The notes beneath the pieces were generated by a model. The model saw only the letters and a list, made by a program, of their open reading frames with translations. It was not told the origin of the DNA and made no database searches. Shown here in pieces: positions 56,419-64,000 of a stretch of 64,000 nucleotides of DNA; within the stretch, counting starts at the first letter, position 1; every line of letters starts with the position of its first letter. The DNA is taken from the NCBI GenBank assembly GCA_004431415.1, contig QPMI01000605.1, positions 25,767 to 89,766 of the forward strand. The letters run 5' to 3'. The translations under genes were made by a program, and so were the position numbers. This stretch comes from Cyanophora paradoxa CCMP329 (lineage: Eukaryota; Plantae; Glaucophyta).

Positions 56419-59400
56419 GAAAATCTCTTGCATTAGCACACAACACAACTACAATGAGTTCACATCGCCCAATAAATCTTCGACAGATACTATCGAGGAC
56501 CGTCGTATGCTGTGCTTTAGAAAGTACAAAATGAACGAAAGGTTTGAAGGTTTCGTGTCTAGATATCTAGCTAAGGAGGTTTCTAACTAATACTAATGAT
56601 GTGGAAGCTAGCTGTATCGATTTCTAAACCAACCTAAACTCCCGGCTACGAGGTCCTATCTCTACAAAAACTCCCATCATGTATGTCGCCGCAGCGCTGC
56701 CCAAGGCCTCGCCGCGCCGTGTGCAGGCTCCTCGCCAGCCCAGTAGATTGGGCTACTGGCCGCCTCCTGCCGTCGCCTCCGCCGCCTCCATTTGTGTGTT
56801 GCTCCTCCGGCCCCGCCCAGACGCAATCCCCAGTGTCTCCCTCTAGCGCGGGCGCGCCCTCTGTGTGCCACGCCCAAGCATACCTGTTCGTATGGTCGTA
56901 TACTTGCATGGCCGCTGAAGCCCGACCAGCCGTAGTCGTCTGGCGGCAGCTCAGGTGTGAGAGGCTAGGGTTTCCCGCCTTGGTGCGGGACTCGAGGCAC
57001 CGCACTCCCTGCAGCGTTCCCGCTGCCGGGGCTCCGGATCCGCGCGCTTCTGCGAGCGTTGCACCGTATCGTCAGGCGGCGCGTCGCCTCGCGCCCGCGC
57101 GCTCAGTGCGCTTCGCCTTGGCGCGACGTTCTTTCATGACTTCGTATCCCGCACGCCTTCTCCCACTCCGCGTACGCCTGGCATCTGGCGGCCCACGTTT
57201 ATGGCCTGCTCGCCTATGGCCGTCGTCAGCTTGCGCACGACCTGGCAGCTTTCTTGGCGTCCGTGACGGTCTCGCGAATCATATCGGTGAGGCCCCGGGG
57301 GCAGCCCCGTAGCACGCACATCTGCGCCTGCCGTTCAGCTGCCGTGAGCGTCGGTCGTTACTCTCGTGACCTTCAGGGACTGGAGAGCGCGTGTGGCACT
57401 GACCGCTTCTGCGCGCCTTCGAGGCCTCGCTGACCGTCGCTGCGATGCGTGCTTCCGCAGCGGTGCGCGCCTCCGTCGCCACCGCGCTGGGGCAGGTGAG
57501 GACGTGCTCCAGCGTCTCCTCGGGCCCAGTCACAAGCTGGGCCGGCCGTCGCCATCGATTCCCGTGTGCTGCAGAGCGCACAGAGTCTGCCGGTTCACTT
57601 CGCTGTAGAGCTCGGCGCGTCTCGCTTGCGACGAGGCCGTCGCCACCGTACCCAAAACGAGTTTCATGTGCGTACCCCGGAAGCAGTTGCTCTCTCGGCT
57701 CACCCGACTCGGCGGGGCCCATAGCCATCTGATCGTATACTGCGCCGTGATCACTGCAGCCGTAGCCACTCCCCGGCTTGACTGGTTCGCCCACGCGAAG
57801 TGCGTGTGGTGCGCGTGAAAGCACAGCGGCGTGCCGCCGAGGGTCGCCTTCGACTCGCCTGACTATCCCGGTCGTCCTCGATCGTCAGCACTGCCGGCAT
57901 GCTGAACTCGGGCGCAGAAGATGTTCTCGTCCAGTTCCTCCTGTTCCAGGTGCGCGCCTTGATCGGCCGCTCTGTCGCGCGTCGTTTAGCTCGTGCATAT
58001 CCTCGTCGCTGTGCGCCTTGACCTTGATAACCGCAGCCGGCCGCTGCCGATCCCGTCCCATCACCAGGCGCGGACTTGGACCACGCGTACAGCTCAGCGC
58101 TGCACGTGTTCCGGATGTAGTCTCGATGTGCATATCGTGCGCATTCAGCACGAACTTATCGAACCACGTGCAGACGTTTCTGACTGTCCGTGTGCAGCGC
58201 ACCCCTGCGCCGCGAGCACGTCGGCGACGATCGCAGCCTGGAGCTCAGCCTTGTTGTTCTCTTGAAGCCGCGCAGCCTGCCAACGTACGTGCCTGCCCAT
58301 TCGGTGGTTCGCCACGGTCCCGTCCGGAACTCAGCCGGCTCACGACGCCGAGGCCCGCGTGCGCCCCTTCGTTTGACCCTTCTTCAGGCTCCCGTCCGTC
58401 CATATCCACTGCTCGAGTTTCCCCGGCGACGCCGAGCTTCGCGAGTTCGCCTCTTCGATCTGCTCCAATTTGCAGCATGTGCTGCCAGTAAACGTGAGGG
58501 TGACCCCTTCCTGCGCCGCCCGGGAGTCCCAGTGGCGCGGCGCTCGCCCGCGTAGTAGAGTTCGCTCTGCTCTGCTGAATCTGACACAGGTTGTGCCTCG
58601 TCCCGCGGCTCGGCGCCCGGCGTCGCCGCCGCAGCCACTTCCAGCGCGGCCTGCAGCTCAGCCTCGGCCTCGGGCTCAGCTGTTCGCGAGGAAGCGCTCG
58701 TCACCATCCTGTACGGCTTCACGCGGGCCTGGAGAAGCAGCGCCCTGCGTTTCTCGTCGTCTTGCGTGCGCAGGCCCGGGTCGTAGTACTCAAGGTCGGT
58801 CGCAGGCGACCTGCTTGCGCCGCGCTTCGACTTCGTCTCTGACCGCCGTACCGCCGGCGTCCTCCGTCGTTCCCTTCCAAGGCGAGGAGGGTATCCTCCT
58901 CCTCCCACCAGCCCTTCCCGTGCGTCCACGAGCCGTCGCACTGACTCATTTCGGGGCAGCGCGATGGAGCATTGCGCGTGCAACCGTCGTCATGGTGCCA
59001 GTACTGCTTCCCTGTCCCCTGCACCGCCGTTACGTGCTGTCCGCCCCTCTATTTCGGGTGCCGGCAGTGACCGTCGCACCGGCAGTAGAGTCCTCTTTCT
59101 CCGCGTCGGGTCCGCGCCCTTTGGCACCGGCACCCAGTGCTCCAGCAGTACTCCGACGCTAATATGCTGCCCGTCTCGGATTTGAACGTAACGACTCGCC
59201 CAGTGGGCTCGGCAGATTCATCGTGCAGTTGCTCCGCCTCAAATACGCTACGAACGCGTCCTTTGCCCACTTCACCTCCGGCCCCGCCAGGAGCGAGGCC
59301 AGGCTGACGCGCGCTCTCCTGCCCGCCGCATCGGGTGCCGCAGCTGCTTCCATCAACCGCGAGCGCGTTCGCTACCTCACGCCACACGCAGCTCGCTCTT

Positions 59401-62400
59401 CTGCAGCGTCCCTTGGGCGCGCCCATGTACAGGTCCTGCCAGGTTCGCAGGTCTCGCCGTCCGCTGCCGTCACCGCGTCCATGTCGTCACGCCCGCCCGT
59501 ACAGGGCAGGGCCGCGACGCTGAAGACGGATCTGGGATGTGCTTGCCACGACGTAGCGCCGTCGAGCGCTCCGGTCAGCCAAGGCTCGCCCCGGCAAGTG
59601 CGGAACGCCGCATAGCGCGCGTGATTCGACATCAGCCGTACTTACGGCGCTGCATTTGCGGCATGATCTGCCGCCAGGAGTTCCCGCGGCGAGTTCGCTG
59701 GAGATGGCGGTTTAGGAACTCGGTCGGGAGCAGAGGCACCCCAAGCTTCTCCTGCAGTGCGCGCACCCGGTGCCGTACCCCGAGCCAGCAGCGAGCCCTC
59801 GGCGCGCAGAGCCGATCTGAGCCTCTGTGATTTGCGCCTCCGCTGCAGGTGGGCTGTTCGTTGAGGCTGTACCCCCGTGGCTCAGATTGCGTAATTCGTC
59901 GTCGAGCGGCGAGGTTCCGTGGTGCTTGACGACCCTCATCCAAATACGATCGAGTTCTGGCACTGACTCTCGCTCAGGTCATGAGCTTCAGCCGTACGAG
60001 ATGCGGCCTGCACTACGGCTCGACAAGGTAGCAGGCCTCGTTCGCGTGAGCTTCTTGCGTTCTATCAGCGCGACTGCCCCGCGCCTGATCGCAGATGTAA
60101 TCCACTGACGATCCAGTTCAGGTTTGCGCTCATGTATACCCGAGGAGCTTGAAGTGCTCTTGGGCTGGCGACAAGTCCGACGGGTACCGTTGATCTTCGG
60201 CGGAGGGCTGCTTCTCTTCTTCTTCGCGGCGGGTGGCCCAGGTTTGCTCTCAACTTCGCGACGTGCGTTGTTCCACGTGAAGATCGTCTTCTCGCGTTGA
60301 CCTCGATATCGTGCAGCGAAGAACTCGCCGCCACGTCGGCCTGGCTGTAGCCCCGCATGCTCCGCTATCCACTTCGTGTCATCGCGTACGCCACGCCGCT
60401 GACGCGGGCCCGGCCCTCGCGTTCCGCAGCATCGTCTCCCTCGGGTTCCCATCACGTACGCCGTGCCGCTCCTCCAGCTCTCGGGTGGGCATAGTGCTCT
60501 ATCGTCTTTGCCGTCTTCTTCGTGCTGGCGCTCGTGCTGATCCAGGCGCTCTGCGCGCAGAGGAGGGCATCGTAGAAGATCAGCAGTGCAGCGGCGACTC
60601 GACACGCCCTGCGGCAGCCCGCACTCGAGCTCGAACTCGTCGGAGAGGCCGTGACCGGAGATTGCCGCGCCCTGCGGCGCCGGAATATGTTCCTGTGGAG
60701 CTCGATGTACCCCTCGGGTACGTTCAGCCTCCGCATCGAGAGCTCCATGCTCTCCCACGAGACGGAGTCGTACGCTCGCCTGATATCCTGCAGCAGGATG
60801 TACAGGGCTTCTTGAACTCCTTCGCGTCCTCGAGGACTGCGTTAAAGACGTGGAGGGCGTCGTCCGTCGAGCAACCAGGTCTGAAGCCTAGTTGGCCCCT
60901 TTCAGGAGCCCGTTCTGATGGATTGTCCGGAACAAGGCGCGCGTTCAGGAGGCCAGTGGTCAGCTTCAAGGCCACCTCCTGCAGGGTGATGCGTCGCAGG
61001 TTATTTTCGATATCCCCGTCCACTCCGGCTCTTAGTAATGCGAGAATGTTGCCCTGACAACGATCCGGCAGGTCCGGAGGCGGATCGCTTCAGCACCAGC
61101 GAGAGCAGCAGCTTCCGGTCCCAGTGTACGGGCTCCTCTTCCGTGGCTCCTCGGCGCTCTCGTGGCTGGGCTCGGCCTCCGGCGCTGGCCACCGCCTCGT
61201 CGCCCTTACCGTCTTTGGCTTCGGCTTGGGCACCGGCGCCCATAGGAACTTTACCATAGCATACGAGAAGTTCGACGGCCGGCTGCCGTGTTTCTTAGCG
61301 TTTTAATGTAGTCGCCGAGCTCGCCTTCGCTCGCACCGACATGTCGTTTCGGAATAGTTTCAGGATCCGCGTATGCTTTTGGCTCGTATTCCACCTCCAG
61401 AAGTCGAGCAGTTCTTTCCCATGCTATCCTTCAGCGCGCTTTCCGGTATTGTCTCTGGGGTGCAGCCCACGCGTGGGCGTCGGCGCCGGACCATTTCGCC
61501 AGTGCTCTTTAGAGTCGTTTCACTTCCTCAGCTCCGTGTAGATTCATACGTTTTTCGTCTTGACACACGCGTGATGTGCATGATCGGGCGGTTTCGCGGC
61601 TTTTCTAGCACCGCGGCTATATAGGATCCGAGCTGGCGGCCGTCCATGAACTTGTCTAGCCTCTCTTTTAATGCCCTCTCGACGTCCTCCGCCTGGAGCG
61701 CCCGGCGGATTTTCTGCAGGTCGTGCCGCGTCCGGTTTCGCCATACTTTCAGCTCCCGGAAGAAGGTCGCCCAGTCTTCTTTGAGCTGCCGCCGGTGCAC
61801 CTCGGCCCAGTCCTCTTCCTGATCAGCCGGGGGGGTACCTGGGGACCGGGGTACGGCTGGGACCGGCGCGGGGCTACCGCTGCGCGAGCCTTGTGAGCTG
61901 TGCGAGCTCGAGTGCGCATGTGGGGATCCGGGCGGCGGTGAGCCTTGCTCAGCCCTTGCTTGGCGCCGTTCAGCCGGACGGAGCGGGAAGGGTCGGAGGC
62001 CTTCCCTGGCGGTCACGTAGTGCAGCAGCTTCTCGATCGCCTGGACCGTCAGCTCCGACGGGATCCCGCCTGGTTCCTTCCTCCAAGCAGCGAGAATGCG
62101 GGCGACTCTGGCGTCGGCCTTCGCCTGCCACGGCAGGTTGCGCGGCTTGGTCGGCTTCCCCCTCGGCCCCTCATGCATAGATGTTCCTTTGCCACCTCCT
62201 GAACAAGGCTCGCGCACGCAGCGTGGATGCGGCTCAGTCGTTCGAGACGCTCTTCCGGCGTGCCCTCGCCGACGGCGTCAAGGTCCGCCCCGACAGCTTC
62301 GCCGAGCTGCCTGTTTAGCTCTCTTTTCAGCTCATCTTTCTCGTTTTGTGTGCGCTTCAGGCCGTCCGGGTCAAATACTGGTGGCCCGGGTTTCGGTTCT

Positions 62401-64000
62401 GGCTTCGGTCCCACCGGCGCTGTCATGCCCGCCTCCTTCAGGTCGAAGTCCGCGAACGCTGGATAGTGGTCCGAGTCGTGCGGCGCATCGACCCACGCGG
62501 GGCACGTGTGCGCGCTGAGGAGCACGTGATCCAGTGATTCCGAGACCAGCACTGCATCGATGCGCGCCGCGTGCCAGAGCGCATCTTTTGGTAGGTCAGC
62601 CGGCGTTTCCTCCTCTGCTTCGCGTTCCGCGTCCTCTGACTCGTCTACGCCGTCTGACGGCACAGGTGCCGCCGCCGCCCCGACCGACGCCCCTTGGCCC
62701 TTGCTTCCGTGCGGGGTGCGGTGCGTGATCTCGCGTGCTCCGCAGAGAGTTCCGTCATCATGTTTCGCCGCGTGGACATCCCGCGTCGCGCAGGTCCCAC
62801 GAGTCGATCATCGTGTGCCACCACTTCCGTTCGGCTTTGTGGCTCTGGGCCAGGGCGCCGTTTCGGATGCGCGAGCTCGACGGGACCGGGACCGAGTTCC
62901 AGTCTCCCAGGAGCAGCAGGTGCGCGTTTTCACGCTCGTAGAAGTCGTCGTACATCTTCGTCAGTTCTTCGACGACCTTCTCCTGATCCTGGCGATGCGC
63001 AGCTTTGCTCTCGGACGCGGGCATGTACACGCTCGCCACGAAGAGCTGGAGGTTCCCTTTGAAGCGGAGCTCGAATCCGATCAGCCGGCCCTGGACCTCG
63101 TACTTCGTCGTGAGGTGCTTGACCCATTGCGGCGCGACCCAGAGAGCGGCGCCGCTCCCTCGCGTTCCGTCTCCTGATTTTAGCGTGTACAGGAGCTTTC
63201 CGTGCGTTATCGCGCCTTCCGGCTGGAGCGGGTCCTCCCCCTCGACCTCAGGGCGCGGCCATCTGGGGCCTTGTCATCGACAGCTCCTGCACGCCCGCTA
63301 CATCGACGTCCCAGCGGCAGCAGAATTCTTCTAGCTGCTGCAGCTTGTAGGCGCTGGACCCTCTCGTGTTGAAGGTCATGGTCCTCAGCACCCCCCGGTT
63401 TCTGCTTCCTGATAGCCGGCTCGTCCCCTATGAAGTCGCCACCTTCGGGGAACAGTCTGGGGGGAAAGACATTCTCCAGACGGAGCGTCGCAGCCGCCGC
63501 GGGTCCCGCGCCCCCGGCCTTCTTGTTCAGCTGCAGCTTGGTTGCATTTTGTTTCTTTTGGCCCGTCGGCTTGCTGCCGGACGCCTTTGTAGGTGGGGCT
63601 GCTTTTGCCGCGGCGGGGGCCGCGGCCGCAGATTTAGTTTTCTTTTTCATTTAGTAACATTAGATGCGTGGACTTTTTGCATCCCAGTGCCCCCGCGGAT
63701 GTGCACGGGAAAGCTATGACCTGCGGGCAGATACCGGTGGTGCGGTTGACAAGGCCTGAGCGGGGAGGTTACAGGCAAGCTTAAGCCTGCTAGAAGTGAA
63801 GGGATTCTCATTGTCAGAGCACAGAGCACAGAGGGAGCACAAAGGGCGGTGGCTAGCGATGCTCATGATCAAATCTAGACGCCGGCTAGCGCTGCGGCAA
63901 CGGCCGCTTGCTGGGGGCACGCGCATATGCAGCCGGGCGGAGCGCGGGGCCAGCGACGAGGTCAAAAGGGCTTCCTCGGACAAGTCTTCGACTTGCAGGT
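56419..64000 (-). mobile_element. Non-LTR retrotransposon (LINE); 5' end probably beyond the window
   Basis: The satellite stops mid-unit at ~56418 and is followed by GC-rich sequence with APE, RT, RNase H and Zn-knuckle motifs on the minus strand. Confidence 0.88.
57100..63650 (-). pseudogene. LINE ORF2 (APE endonuclease, reverse transcriptase, RNase H, Zn knuckle), many frameshifts; 3' end approximate
   Basis: APE: MTFNTRG, GVQE, SVYMP, LLGDWNS, RIDAVLVS, SDH. RT: QLGFRPGCST, QDIRRAYDSV, GLPQG, DDTKWIA. RNase H: WTDGS, NNKAELQA, KVKAHS...ND. Knuckle: EETLEHVLTCP. Confidence 0.85.

Noticed and set aside
26217-56534. Numerous 60-300 aa ORFs in the satellite
   Set aside because: They occur on all six frames, are Arg/Ala/Pro-rich, have inconsistent ends between units and show no domains. 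They are by-products of GC-rich repeats.

Overview
Eukaryotic-looking contig with three compartments. (1) 1-24,438 is AT-rich and gene-dense. It holds two different endogenous double-jelly-roll (Polinton-like/Preplasmiviricota-type) viruses that abut directly. Element A (1-~13,135, left part outside the window) carries a major capsid protein (MCP) that the ORF track missed, two penton-like genes, a patatin-discoidin lipase, a ~1,075-aa phage-like fibre, four paralogous fibres with a shared N-terminal anchor and different heads, and a prokaryotic-type AdoMet decarboxylase. Element B (13,136-24,438, 11.3 kb) is complete between 270-bp terminal inverted repeats (TIRs). It carries an rve integrase, a putative OTU-PolB-SF1 helicase-HNH polyprotein, a penton, an MCP and an A32-like ATPase, and no recognisable fibre or separate maturation protease. 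The two MCPs are distant homologues, and the two elements differ sharply in CpG context. (2) ~26,220-56,418 is a GC-rich complex satellite of ~1.0-1.3 kb units built from ~120-bp subrepeats. It contains a 2.9-kb CACTG-ended insertion with a 3-bp target-site duplication (TSD) and at least ten small 'triplet + inverted triplet + triplet' insertions that look like transposon excision footprints. (3) 56,419-64,000 is a minus-strand non-LTR retrotransposon (APE-RT-RNase H-Zn knuckle). All calls come from motif recognition by eye; no searches were run and the host species cannot be identified. Many frameshifts are single-base losses in homopolymers and may be long-read assembly errors.
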